A stretch of DNA of 64,000 nt, from positions 180,978,001 through 181,042,000 of the forward strand of contig OZ038378.1 of the NCBI GenBank assembly GCA_964036045.1, read 5' to 3'. Shown in pieces: positions 12,270-25,547 of the stretch; the stretch's first letter is position 1; every line of letters begins with the position of its first letter. A model generated the notes under the pieces. It was not told the DNA's origin, made no database searches, and worked only from the letters and a program-made list of their open reading frames with translations. This stretch comes from Eutreptiella sp. 'Long Island Sound 2002'. Taxonomy: Eukaryota; Protista; Euglenida. Made by a program: the position numbers and the translations under genes.

Positions 12270-14642
12270 CAAGATTGAATATTGGGACCGAGCTGGTGGG
12301 GGAAGGAACATCATCTAGGATACTTCAACGGCGAATGAGGTATGCACTAGAAAATGGATGAGAGCGGCCCAAAAGGGGCTCAAAATGAGTTGTATTCATC
12401 CGTTTGGGCACCGCAACTGGACTAGGATCATTTTTAGAAAATGGTATTGATTGATTGATTGACATGGTGTTCACCTGTTTTTACGCCATTTGTGGTCCCA
12501 AATTGGCCCATTTCAAGGCCCTTTCGGCCTTGAGAGGGGCCAATATTGCTCAACATGGGCTCAAAATGGGCTCATTCCACTTGTTTGTGGACCCCAAATA
12601 GCCGAAAAATGTCGTTGGAAAAACATATTTTTGATCCATTCTTGACTGATTGCTGGTCTCAAAACAACCCATTTTCAAGGCATTTTGTGAGTTTTGAGTG
12701 GCCAAAATGGCTTGCAATGGGCTCAAAAAGGGCTCATTTCACTTGGTTGTGCACCCCAAATGGTCTAGGATCATTTTGAGAAAAACACATTTTTGACCCA
12801 CTTTTGACCCTTTTTTGGTCGCAAAAAAACCCATTTTCAAGGCATTTTGTGACTTTGGAGGGGCCAAAATGGCTTGCAATGGGCTCAAAATGGACCCATT
12901 TCACTTATTTAGGCACCCCAAATGGTTTAGGATCAATTTTGAAAAAACACATTTTTAACCCATTTTTGACCCATTTTTTGTCCCAAAACAGCCCATTTTC
13001 AAGGCATTTTGGGACTTTAGGAGGGCCAAAACGGGCCACAACGAGCACAAAACGCGCTGAAAACACTTCTTTTGGCATTCCATGTGGTCTAGGATCATTT
13101 TTGAAAAAAGTCATTTTTTTTTTGCACCCGGTGGACCTTGTTGACCCATTTGGGCACCCACCTCTTTGGGCTACCTCTTGCAGCTTGCCGCAGCCCACTG
13201 GGCCTTGGTACGGGGGTCTAGGCGTCGGTTAGGGCAATTTTGAGGGGTGGAAACCACCAAAAGTGGGTGGTTGCGGGTGGATTAGGTGCGCTCGCAATTG
13301 CATTTTGAGCCACGTAGCCCAAGATATGGTGTGTTTTTGGTTTGGGGCTGTCGGCGGCCAATGTGCACAAATTCTGGGGCTTTTGAGGGCTTTTGGGGGC
13401 AGTTCGCGGACATATTGTGGAGTTAGAGGGCCCTAGAGGGCCCTTCGGCATGGGGAAGTCTAGCTGCATGTGTAGAGTAGCCACTATGTCCCTTCATTTG
13501 GCCGTTTCCAGCAGATTCTAGGACACTATTGGGCAAAAAAAAGGCTGCTTTTGGCCCTAAATTGCAGATTTTGAAATGGAGGTCCGGCACTTGCAACGCC
13601 CGTTCCCGGACGCCACCGTTGAGTTTGTGGCTCATACTTTGTGAGGTTGTCCCTCACACCCATAGGTAGCATCCACCAAAATTTTGGCTGAATCCAAAGC
13701 ACCACAACGGAGCTGTGATTTTCCCCATTTCGCGCATGCTTGCTGCTTGCTTGCTTGTTGCTTGCTTGCTGCTTGCTGCTTGCTTGCCAAACCTGTTAGG
13801 TCCACCCTAGACACTAAAGAGCGTTATAAAACCAAGAGGGAGCGTTAAGTGCAGCGCGCGCGCAGCGCGCGCGCAGTGCAACTATTTGGGCATCCGGCCG
13901 TACTAGAGACCCATACTTTGAGATACTAGGGGCCCCTAGGGGCATCATGGTGACCCCTAGCGGAGGTTTTGACTTCTGATTTTGTCCCCCTTTGTTTGGG
14001 TGTGCCAAAGGTGATTGAGCAGATCTTGCGGTTCGGCAAGGGTAATCACTTACCAAGGGATGAAGAAAGTGTAATTATCCGAGATGGGCTTGATGGCCAA
14101 CCATTCTCTAAAGGCGGCAGTGAAGCGCCAACACTGCAGCCTCCTGCGATTGACCATTTGCGCCGTGAGAAAAGAGAGAGAGAGAGAGGCCAAGAAACAA
14201 GCAAAACATGCGCAGCAGGTCCCAAAAAAGCCGCAACGCACACTGGATGCTTTTTGTGTTGCTGCGCCCCCTCGGGCCGATGTGGCTTCGTCCGGCTCCA
14301 ATCTCCCTCAACCCTCTCAGTCCTCGCAACCCCCTGTGGCTACACAATCTCAACCCCAATCCGATTCTAACCGCAAGGGAAAGGAGAGAGCCCCTTCCTC
14401 ACAACCGAAACCACGCATGTGGCACTGGGGCATCGTAAGGAACATGTGTGTGTTGAAGGGAAGGTAGTTTGCAACTTTCTTGAGCTGGGGTAGTTTGGGT
14501 CACCTAATTCTAAGGGCATTTCCAAGGGGTGTGCTTGGGGGCTCTTCGGGGGAAACATAGTCTAAAAGTAGCGCGCAGTGCGCGTGCAGTGCGCGCGCAG
14601 TGCAAAGATTCCCCCCAAGACTGGTTCCACCAGCTCGGTGAC
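12270..14642 (+). mobile_element. Element Z copy 3 (~1.6 kb plus a nested insertion)
   Basis: Subterminal IRs at 12287-12299 and 14627-14639, ~163-bp internal tandem subrepeats, and a (GCTT)n microsatellite near 13740. Confidence 0.8.
13838..14614. mobile_element. 777-bp insertion with GGGA...TCCCC ends, GCGC/GTGCA subterminal repeats and 6-bp TSD CCAAGA
   Basis: CCAAGA at 13832-13837 and 14615-14620. Removing the insert restores the Z end seen at ~11613-11640. Confidence 0.6.
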
Positions 14643-15110
14643 TCGAACCCTAGAGCTAGGGATAGGGTTTGGGCTTGGCTTAGGGTTAGGGCTCGGGGCT
14701 GCTGAATGATGCATGGTGTTTATGCAATATAAAGTCTGCAAAACTATGCAAAGTGATACAAATGACAAAAGTGCACATGAGAGGCAAAGTAATGCATGGC
14801 ATGCTGCATGTATAAATGTGATGGGAAGCAATGGCTGTGGTCCAATGATGTGCTGCCACCCAGGGCTCTTCACCCACAAACATGGATGGTCTCAGGGGGC
14901 ATTGAACCTGCCCTCCACATCACCTGGGCCGCAACAGCTGCCAATGAGGACCCATGCCTGGCTTATAGCGGAGCAGGCATCATGGGGCTGTCATGTGCAC
15001 TCTGTGCGCGCCCTGCCAAAAAAACAAGGGCCGGGGTGATGAGGGCTGCATCCTTTTGGCACAGGGAGCACCGCTGTTCTGTCCGCTCTGTCGACAGACA
15101 TACGCATACA

Positions 15111-15455
15111 ATGGACGATCTCAAACAAGCGTTTGGCGACGACTGGGCCGCATTTGTTACCTCACTGGCAGAGAACGATGTTGACCTTGAGGAAATCCGG
15201 GAGTATAGCAAGGAGGACCTCGCCGAGACCGTCGTGGCCGCCATCCCAAAGTGCAATGTGCATCGTAAGAACAAGCTCGTGAAGGCATTGGTGGCGTACT
15301 TTGCCTCGACGGCACCACAAGAGGAGTCTGTGCCACCCGTGCCACCATCGCCTTCCGGAGGAGCGGCGGGTGTTAGTGCAGAGGATGCGGCGCGCTTGAA
15401 GGAGTTGATGGCGCAGTACAATGCTCAGATGGCAAAGCTCACCTCCCAGATCCAG
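15111..15455 (+). CDS. Gene A exon 1; SAM-like N-terminal domain, function unknown
   Basis: ATG at 15111; MDDLKQAFGDDWAAFVTSLAENDVDLEEIREYSKEDLAETVV...HRKNKLVKAL resembles a SAM helical pattern. Phase-0 donor CAG|GTGCCG at 15456. Confidence 0.8.
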
Positions 15456-17200
15456 GTGCCGTGGGGCTGAGGTTCTGCGCCTACCCCAGGTGCAGTGGAT
15501 CGTACACTGTTTTGGGGGTTAGGCATCAGGCCATCGCTTAATAAGTAAGAAACCCCACCCACTTCGCGCGCGGAGGGCACACACACGTGCACACAGATAC
15601 ATGCGCAACCCTGATCCCGGAGCTGCCACAGGCGTCAAACGGACTCCCATGGGCAGCAAAGAACTGCCACAAAGCGACCAAAAAAAATTAATTACGTGAG
15701 GCGAAAATCATCCCCGGCGGCGGGGCAATTAGCACATTGCCACGCATGACGCTTGCACCAGAGGTCTCTCCTTCAACCCCTTCATTTGGAACGCACTGCC
15801 CTGTGTGCTGCGGTGTCCGTGACCCGCAAGGGCAATGGGATGCTGCAAGGGCTAGAAGGTAACATGACAACCTCACCTCACCTATCCTCACCTCACCTTA
15901 CCTCACCTTACCTCCTCCCGGTTTCTCGCATTTCTCGCTGTTTTAATTTGCTGGCCGAAGGTTGGTACTGAAGTGGGACGCTCAACGGAGGGCCATCATG
16001 ATCTGTTACAGAGTACATCCCCCTCTGCACACAGAAGTGCCCCCGATTCTTTCTTTTCCCCTTTTGCCATGTACTGGAAGGCAGCACGGGCAATAGGGCA
16101 ACCAAACCCACAAAACATTCATTTCAGGCATCCGGTCTTTCCCTTTGAGTTGGTACACCCCCACGTGCGGCAGAGCTGCACATACCTGGTGCGCTTTGTG
16201 TCCACCTACCTCGTATGGTGGCCATTGGAAGCTGCAGGTAGTCGTTGTCGCCTGGAAATCTGTTTGTGGGGCAGAAGCGGTTGGGCTGGCAGTCTGAGAA
16301 GGGTTGAGTGCCCTGCCCTCCCGTAAACATCACCGGGCCTCAAAGTCGGTTTGCAAAAACATGTCCTTTGTTCAGGACGACTGGTGTCTCGCAAGAATGC
16401 CCCACAGCAATTGGGTTTTACATGGACCTGGCTCAAAGGGCCCATTTTGGACCCCCGCCGTTGGGCGCTGCATGGGCTCTTCCCTAAATGTGGACAGGAT
16501 GTCATGACAGAGCTGGTAGTGAGTGCACAGCAAGACAAGGACAAGAGTAGGCTTCCATATCATTCTTATTGTGGCAGTCGCAAGATTCCCCTTCAGTGTG
16601 ATTTCCCCCCCCTTTCTTTCTTTTTGTTCTGAGAGTCGGGGGCGGGGGGGCAGGGCCCTTGGGTTGTGGCCTAAGGAGCCACTGTTCAAACGGGGTGGAG
16701 GAGGCCTCTGGCACAGAGGCTAGCAGGCATCACTACCTGACACCAGGGGTGGGGGGGCTTCCCACGTTGCACTTGGCAGCGCCTGGCGACCCCCCCCCCC
16801 CCCAACACACACACACTCGGCACATTCGGCGATCAGCCATGGACATTCGGGTGTGTGACAGAGCCTTTTAGGGTCCAGCATTCTGGCTGGGAGACGACCA
16901 ATTTGTTGTTCCGTCAAGGCTGGTTGGTTGCCAACCAGTGTCCAGGGCCATATCTTTTGCGTGACTGCTTGTTGGTCAGGGTTCGTGGTGACGGGTAGTG
17001 GCCATGATGCAATTCACTGAATTCCTCGAGTTCAGCCAGATTGTTATGCATGAGTGACCACACCCCTTGGTGTCACATACTGCGGCCCAGCGTCCTCCGT
17101 GGGCGCTTGGCCCCGGTCCCTGACATGGATTGCATTTGGCGCTTCTTATCTCCGGCTCCAGTGTGTGATCTGTTGACTGACAACTCCCTGTTCTTTGCAG

Positions 17201-17566
17201 AGCCTTGGGATGGCGGGGCAAACTGATGCGTGCATGGCCGTTCAGGAGCAGATGATGGCCCTGAGTCAGGATGTGCAGTGCAATTCGCTGCTTGGCGGAG
17301 GGGTCCAGGGTCTGGAGAAGATCCTGGAGGCCAGCGCCGAGCGAATTGCAGCTGTTGCTGTGGATGCACCGCCGGAGAATTATATGCAGACCATCATGGA
17401 CTGCACCGACCGTTACACGAATCGGATTAACCAACATTCAGAAATGATTGAGGAGGCATGCCGATCTGGCACGACGGACGAAAGGGCGAAAGCTGTGCGA
17501 AAACATCAGAAGTTCATAGACGGCTACGAAGCTGCGATGAATGGGGCTGTCAAGGGTAAGGTCCAG
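17201..17566 (+). CDS. Gene A exon 2 (helical region)
   Basis: Acceptor TTCTTTGCAG|, open 122 codons, phase-0 donor CAG|GTGAGC. Confidence 0.8.
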
Positions 17567-17594
17567 GTGAGCAGCCCGGTGCAGCTGTGCTTCT

Positions 17595-17631
<37 letters not shown>

Positions 17632-20600
17632 TGCAGGTCGTTGGCCATGGGTGATCCCCAGCCCGGATCCCCACCTCATCCCTCACCTCACACAGCTCGA
17701 GAACAAGGGAAGGGGCAACACTTCGAATCGCTCACCTGTAAGACCCGCATGTTGTTGTGGTGCATGTGGTGTGTAGTGCGGTGTGCAACGCGGTGCAATA
17801 ACATTGTAGGCAGCATCATGTCGATCAAGTCACAGAGGCAGAGACAACATCCTCTCCAATCCCTCCCCGGTTTAGGGACCAAGGGGTGTGGTGGTCCTTG
17901 TATGCCAGCCCCCACCCCCCCCTCTCTCACCTCCCCCAGGTTTTGATGGCGTGGAATTCTTCTTCATACCCGGATCCAGGGGCAATTTTTTGGTTTCCCC
18001 CCGACATGTCTATGGTACAAATGCTCACAATTTGATACACAATTCAAACATGAAGGAAATCAATGAAAACTCATTTTTTGACCCACCTTGTCGCTCCTTC
18101 TCCACCTCCTCCCTGAGCTAGGAGACCCAATACAGCGGGGTTATGTAGCCATTTCGATCTCTCCGCTTTGCAAATCCCGACATGGCAAGGGTTATAGAGA
18201 TATTCTCGGTCCTCCACCCTTTTGGAAATCCGAACTCAGCACCGGTGATGTCGCCACTCTGCTCTCTCTGCACCGGAGAACCAGTCAGGGTTCTGGGGGG
18301 GTGGGGAGGCTGGGGCAGAACAATCCCTTGTGCCTCCTCCCAAAATGCAAACACAGGTTGTACTTCAACTGTACTCTCCAAAGGCCAGAGCTCGCGTGTT
18401 CTGTTTTGCAGCCAACCACTTTTGATGGTCACCACTTTTCAGATGCTCACCCACAGCTTGCCTACCCCAACCAAAGCACCACAATCACAAAGCAGTTTGG
18501 CATTCATGATCCAAAAATGGACACAACATGCAAGAGACACACAGTGAGGTCCCAACTGTGATTTGAAAGACCTACAACACACCTACCCACCCACCCCCAG
18601 CCCCTAGGCGGGTAGTAGGCACCTTGGGCCAGATTGCCCGAAAACTGACCCACCCATCCACAGGCTGCAAACCCACCCCAACCCGCCCACTCTAGCAGGA
18701 CCCACCTTAAGGGTTATGCAGCCCCCTTCATTTTTGAAATCCTCTCCCCTTTTTGGTAACTGTTGTCTAACTAGCACTACATTTTTTTGTATGATGTGTG
18801 GCATCAACTCTTGGCAAACAGTGAGGGGTGAACAACCTACTGAATGGCAGCCTGCTAATCACCATGACTACCAACAACGTGCACCAAGCCTTACACAACT
18901 TGGTGCTTCTGTCAGAGTAAGGAGGAATCCAAACAGCTGCTAAATCCTTGCCATCTTGGTGTCCCAAAATTGGGGATGAATCAAAATGGCTACATAACCC
19001 ATGATGTTGAGGGCATACGGGAGTGACTCAAACTGGTACCAATGTGAACCACTCTCCAACTATGGGGCTATAGAGGGCGCACTGTGCGCTGTGCCTGCGC
19101 TGTGCGAAAAGTCGGCTGTTTTCCACCACTGGTAGCCACGGAACCCAGGGTCCTGAATTCTGCACCCTACACCCCCTGCTGGTACACCAGGGATTTTTTT
19201 TTTTAGTTTGATGCTTGCCACAGGTCTCAGGGTCCTGAACTCTGCACCCCATGCTGTTTTGAATGGATCATGCATCCTTCTGTAGTTGGGTGGTTTTCAG
19301 GGGTGTTCCCGGGATAAACAACGTAATAATTGGCGCTGTGCCCGCGCTGTTTGAAAACGCCGCCATAGGGGGTCTTGAAAGGGCTGAGCAGAGAGGGGGC
19401 TACATAACCCCTACCATATTAGGAACTCCAAACGTGCAATGGACCAAGAATGGCTACATAAGCCCTGCTCTTTTGGGTCCACCAAAAGCAGAGAGGACTA
19501 AGAATCTAGATAACCCCAGAGAGTGACCAGGGAGGCTATATTGCATGGAGGGTCCAGGTGGGTCAACTGGTCCCCAGGAAGCCCGAACCCCCCCCCCCCC
19601 CTCCCAGTCGGCAAGCACCAATCTGGTTTCCAGGCCAACATGTCCAAAAAAAGGGGGGGGGGGCGCACCGTGCGCGCACTGTGCATCTTTTTTATTTAGA
19701 CAATTTACGTGACGCCATTGTTTTGCTTTGCTGTTGCCCCGTGAGGTCAGTGTTGCTGAGCTGGTCCCCCATTTCACCCTGCATGCCCTCAGGACTGCAT
19801 TGTACATGCTATTCCTCGGTCTATAGCCCAGCATCGTTGTCTTGGGTTTGCGCCGGTACCCCTGTCTTCTACAACCGCGGCAATGCAAATGAGCGGGTTC
19901 CTGCCACTATTCTGGCCCCTCACAACGCCCTGGTGATTACGTACTCACACAATATGAGGTGAATGGGACTTGGTGATTACGTACTCACACAATATGAGGT
20001 GAATGGGAATGTGGACTGCAAGAAACGCATGTGATTGGATATTTTCTGGGTTTCAATTTTGCTGTGTGCTGACGTTCTGTGGGGGGTCCAAATGGGGGGT
20101 GAAAGCTGGGTAATTGCCCCAAACGGTGCGCACCGTGCGCGCACTGTGCACCCGTTCCCCCAAGGTTGCACTCCACATGGAACCCATCCCATCTAGGATC
20201 AGAGTTCTTGGAGCCTGGGGTAATCTGAAGTGAGATAGCCTTATGCCCATCTTCTCGTTCAGATGATTGAGATTTAGGGGATGCCTTGCTATTTGGAGTG
20301 TGGCCAAACCAAGGACATATCGCCTATACCACTAGTAGTGCAAAGTAGTTATGTGGTTGCCCACAATATTTCCCCAGCCAACCATACAACATGCACGCCT
20401 TAGAAGGACGAGAGAGGCGTGCGCCTTTTGTGTGGTTGGGGTATGTTGGTGAGCCATAGCCATGTTAGCATACAGCAAATGCACACATCCAACAAAGCAT
20501 CTCGTCCACTAAGTGTGGGGTGTCGTGTTGTTTACATTGTAATGATACAGGCATGTGTGACAAGGTCACAGTGGTTGAATAATCGAGGCATTCTTTGAAC

Positions 20601-22789
20601 CGTTTGCCAATATTTGAGGTGTCATGTACCCTCTAGAAGAATTGAGGCACACAATGCTTCTTATGTTGTCCATGTTGCCATTTTCTGCGGCGTGAGGGAG
20701 TAGGGAACAACAAGATACAAATAGGATCCTTCGAGGCTTGTCCGGTTGGGTGGTTTGGAGGTGATCCATTTGGAGGCCTTCTTGGAGAATATGTCTTAAA
20801 AGCAGTGCACAGTGCATGCATAGGGTAAAGATTCCCCCCTTGTGATCAGATTTCATTTACTGGCATTCTGGGGGATGGGAAAGGATAAGACGTAGCAAGG
20901 GTTCCTAACTAGCTTGGCCCCCTCCCTCATAGCATGGCTTGCAGCACCATCCTCCAGGTCCTGGACATGCCTAGCTTCACAGTGCTCCCACTGGAGGTAG
21001 CCACAGTGCTACGGGCCTACAGTCTTGGGAACGTCGATGCGTGTGTTGTTCACCTATTTCGTAGTCTTGCATGGCTATTCCACCCAGGTACATTGCACCA
21101 ACATTTAATCATGATGTCCATCTTTTGCCACATCCGGCAAAAGGGGTGCCTCGTAAGGGTCCTGCATTTTTGGTTACCGCATCAAGAACTAGGTAGTGGC
21201 AAGTACCAAATACTTTCCTGTTTCTGAAATTAGATAGATATTGCCTTTTGTTGGCCATTTTCCATACACCTTTCGAAAATAGTTTCTGGCGAAACATCGA
21301 GCGAAACAAAAAGCCGACTGTAAAACACTAGTCTGGCATCTTTTTAGCCTAGCTGTACCCATTGACGTCCTCAAGACAGTGTAGGTGTCTTATGGACAAG
21401 GCAGTGCTGAGCATGTCCCGCGGTGCATTTGCAAAACCAAGTGCCCAGGAATCAAGGGCCATCACCTGTAACCCCTTAGGGTCTATCAAGGAGTGCCCTC
21501 GGCCAGCTTAGCCTTCCTGTAAGCTAGCCCAGGTCCGTTCAGGGTGTGCTAGGGCAGCAGCACCGCATCCACTCAGCGACCGGAGCCCGTAGGCTATTTG
21601 ACCCGTTGTCCCCTGTTAGTCTCAGCGGTGGGACCCCTTGCTCCACTGCTGGGGCCTGGAGCACTGAGGATACACAACCCCAATGGCAACCAACCCTGGT
21701 GCAAGCAGGTGTGCCAACCTGCACCCCCACACCAGCCTAGGACACTCAGGCATGGCGGTGTCTCCCGCGTGGTTGCACTCACCGGAGTGTGGGGACTGTC
21801 AGCAGTCTGGCAGGTTTTGAGGCTGGACATTCAGGTCAGCACCAGGACCAGTCGTCAAGACCAGCCATGTGCAGCATGTAACGAGCCCCTACTGTGGTCA
21901 CGGCTGTGTCCCAGACCCCACCTCCCCATCTAGAGCCTGCGACCTGTCCTAAAGGTAGGTTGCTGAACAAGTTGCCCAACCAACAATCAACAACAACATG
22001 ATTGTAGGAACACTCACAGCGTTTGGGCAGAGAGAGGGTACACATTACAAGGGACATATCAGCTGCCCCTCCACCGATGCTCTGCCACCACATGGCCTGC
22101 CATGCGCATGTTCCCTGTCCACCATTTCCTTGGTACCTTGTGGAGCCCTTTCTGAAATTCTCCACAGTTTGGGGGTGGGCTGCACGCTCCGCAGCCCACA
22201 GGTTTGGGGGGCCTGTCCTTTCTTGCAGTGTTGGCCTGGCAGGGTCAGTGCTGTGCTGTGCATAATTGAATAGTTCGTTTTGGTTTGTCTGTTTTGAGCT
22301 GCATGCAGGCTCAGGGTTCTTGGTGCAAGCTGTGGCCTGAAGGTAAAATGGGACAAATATGGAGAATTTGCAGATTCTGGCTCCCTCTTTTCACTCGGAA
22401 CATCTTGAGGTATGCTGCAATGTCCCTGGGTGCATTGCACTGCAGTCTCCATGGATTTTGGTGGAATGTCCTGTTCCGTGATTTGAACAATCACCAACAG
22501 GGTGGGGAGGTGAGAAGATTGTGGAAAGCGATCAAAAACAATGGAAGCTTGGCACACTGGCCAAGTGCGGTGTTGGATGTGCCTTGCTGCAACACAGCTG
22601 TTGCCGTGGAAACACTCTGGCCCGTGAGGCAGGTCCAAGGCCCAAAAAGCGGATTGCACACTTGCGTGCCGTCGCTTCACCAGCTGAAGCACAATGTGGT
22701 CGTTGTCTTGTGCCTGATAGTCCAAAACAGATCCATGCCATCCATGCATTACCATTGAGGTCGCTTATTCTACTCCATCTCTTGCACAG

Positions 22790-23311
22790 CTTGAGGCGCT
22801 GGAGAAAGTGTTCGCGGAGGATGCCGGAGAGCTTACAGATATCGTTGTTCCGGATGCACCGTGGGCGGCATTTGAGGGGATCTGGGAGGGAGGCGCACTC
22901 GGTGATGGGTACTCTCACCAGTACGTGATGTTCAATGAGAAGATGGTCCCAGATGACAGAATTTTCTGTGGGCCACTAACAGTCTCGCCCGGAGAAGTGA
23001 AGGTTACAGTGTCCGACGCTGCCACCAACTGGGGAGAGGTGACGCTGCACGCCCTGCAGGACGGATGGTTGCGCGCCACGCAGAAGCTCTACACCCCCGA
23101 AGGGCGTGGTAAGGTGAAAGCTGAGGAGACGGTGACGTACCTGCACCCAGTGAAAAAAAACAGGTGGGAAGGCAAGACCCTACAGCAGTGGTTTGATGAC
23201 ACGTATGATGTTCTGCCTTCAACCGACGGCGTTGTTGCCCACACCTGTTCTGCCAATGCCCACTGGTCGTCCGGGGACAGGACTTCGAAAGAAGGGTCTG
23301 AGGGAAAGTGA
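22790..23311 (+). CDS. Gene A exon 3 (terminal, or internal if spliced onward to gene B)
   Basis: Acceptor CTTGCACAG|, phase 0; LEALEKVFAEDAGELTD...GK*. Internal phase-2 donor candidates, e.g. AG|GTGGGA at 23164. Confidence 0.75.
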   Translation, partial: LEALEKVFAEDAGELTDIVVPDAPWAAFEGIWEGGALGDGYSHQYVMFNEKMVPDDRIFCGPLTVSPGEVKVTVSDAATNWGEVTLHALQDGWLRATQKLYTPEGRGKVKAEETVTYLHPVKKNRWEGKTLQQWFDDTYDVLPSTDGVVAHTCSANAHWSSGDRTSKEGSEGK

Positions 23312-23561
23312 AGGAGGTGCATTCGGGCAAACAGAGAAAACTGCCCCATGCCGTAATTGTCCGCATCTTGCATCCGTGCATGGGCTTGCGTCCCCTGCCC
23401 CATGATGCCCAGTGATGCTTTACGATGAATTTGTTTTTCAGAAGACCAGCCCCCCCCAGACCCCACAATCCTCCAGCCCTGTGTTACCGTTTCCCACGTC
23501 AGATGTTAGATGGCGTGGAGGACACCCTCCAAACTTCACGGCAGCCTGAAAATGACTGAAT

Positions 23562-23774
23562 GTGACGCCTCCCAGTGCTGGTAGGGGAGTAAACGTCAAG
23601 AAGGCAGAATGTTACAATTGCGAGATTGGGACACATTCCGCTCGGAACTGCATAACTGCCATCCCCCCCCCCCACATCCCACCTCCCCAAACCCACACCC
23701 AGAACTACACACCTCCCGGAGGCACACCTCCACACAACACCACCAACGACCAGGCCTGCATGTGGCACCCGTGA
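23562..23774 (+). pseudogene. Gag-like CCHC zinc-knuckle remnant
   Basis: CYNCEIGTHSARNC is an exact CX2CX4HX4C at 23610-23651. No linked pol motifs seen. Confidence 0.45.
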
Positions 23775-24706
23775 CTGTGGTTTTGTGTGCACTGAATGAA
23801 GACCCAGAGTGCACCACCCTGTTCCATCCTCAAAAACCTGGTCCAACCCTCAGCCAGCCTATGGTATTTTAAGTTCCGAAGGCATTTTTCTATGTGTCAT
23901 TTTTAGTGCTCTTGGTATGCATTCCCATTGTGCCTGCGCACTTTGCTCTACAGACCCCCTTTGGCGTGCTAGTTGGAGCCGCTGCGATTCGTCTGTAGGA
24001 GCCTTTGGTGCGTCACATTTTGCTTAAAGGCGTTGCAGAGGGGTTGCCAAGAAATGACTCAAGCAATGGTCCATCGGAAATAACATCCAACATTCATGGT
24101 CTGTGCTTGTTTTTGTACCTCAATCTGGGCATTTTGTACCAAAAATTTTTGCAGTGTCATTTAAGAATTGGTACCCAATTTTCTTGCGCACCAAATTTCG
24201 CCATTCCAAGTCGCGCGCGTTCCTCACCCGGTACCATTGAGGAAGCGTTCGAAATGTCTGCCTATGAAAATGAAGGCATAAGGGGTGGCTGGGAAATGGC
24301 CAAGTGATGCGCGCATTCTCGGCGACTGATGAAGATTTGCACTGTGTTGGCCAAACCAAAAGCGTGGACGTGAGGGGAAGACACCGTGTTTAACTCTCAA
24401 GCAGAAAGCCCAACAGCCTTCAAGACTCAGCCCTTGACGGGGACGAGGAGGGTCGATTGGCAGCGTTGTGAGTTGTTTGTCAGTGGTTTGGGTTCTCCTT
24501 GCCAATGGCCAGAACACCTGAAACTTCCCGGGCCAGGCCGAGGGCCAGGTTGGGTTGGATTGGCTTGCGGCCCCTTGCAACAGTCGAAGTGCCATGGTCA
24601 TGGCACTCGTGGCCTTCAAGGCTTCATTCCTGTATTCCCAGGCACTCAGTATTGCTGGAGGTCTCGCGGACTTGCTCAGCCCTTGTCAGCAAATGCGAGC
24701 TGACAT

Positions 24707-24747
24707 ATGACGCCAGCAGCGCGCTCTGATGTGTGCCAGCAAGTCCG
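24707..24747 (+). CDS. Possible short 5' exon of gene B (MTPAARSDVCQQVR)
   Basis: ATG follows an in-frame stop. Phase-2 donor CG|GTATGC at 24748 is compatible with the acceptor at 25053. The true 5' end is uncertain. Confidence 0.3.
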
Positions 24748-25053
24748 GTATGCACAGAAACATGGAGAGAGCATCGAAAACACTACACTATCCGGCATCA
24801 GCTGTCTGCAGCCTGGAGGCATGCTTCCACAAAACACCAAGTGTCTCAAACCGGAAACTACCAAAACCCAACTTCGTGCACATGGATTCGCTTATCCAAA
24901 CCCTCAGTGGGCTCACAGGCTGGGGTGGGGCTTGGGTTGCGGATTGCATGGGAGTCGGAGGCGACCCACGACCTTTCTCTCTCCCCTCCTCAAGCGAAAC
25001 TCCGGCAGGCCGTCGACAGTCCGGGAAAGCCATCTGTTGTTGTTTGTCCACAG

Positions 25054-25547
25054 GTTGACCCAGTGGCAACGGAAGCATAAGCAAGACGATCTGATAGGCA
25101 AGCTAGAGAAGGTTGCTGAGACCCGCCATATCGAATGCTTTCTGCTGGTGTACGGCATTGTGCAGCAACTAGGCCTTCTGAGCAAAGGGGTGGACACACG
25201 CATCATTGAGCGCTCCGGCAACACGCTTCTGCACGCCTCCACCAAAGGGGAAAACGGCGTGGTCTGTCGCTGGCTCCTGGAGCAGAAGGCGGACCCGGAG
25301 AAGTTTGGTGCCAAGGGCAAGACCCCCGTGAAGATGGCGATCGAGAACAACTCCCCTGGGGCGCTGGCAGCCCTGCTCGATCACGGCGCGGAGGTGGACG
25401 CGTCCGCGCTGATGCACAGCCTCAAGAACGGGCACGCGCGGCTCGTGACGCGGCTTGCAAAAGCCCTCCCGAAGAAGGCCATAAACTCCATCGTGGACGA
25501 TTACACTGTGTGGACAGCGCTCGAATTCTCCCGATGGCCTGCGGCAG
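25054..25547 (+). CDS. Gene B exon: ankyrin repeats
   Basis: GNTLLHAS..G...VCRWLLEQKADP; GKTPVKMAIENN...ALLDHGAEV; ALMHSLKNGH. Acceptor CACAG|, phase-1 donor at 25548. Confidence 0.9.

Noticed and set aside
20340-22760. Decayed non-LTR retrotransposon or extra exon (e.g. ORF 22285-22758)
   Set aside because: Coding-like fragments only, with no diagnostic motif or phase-consistent splice pair.
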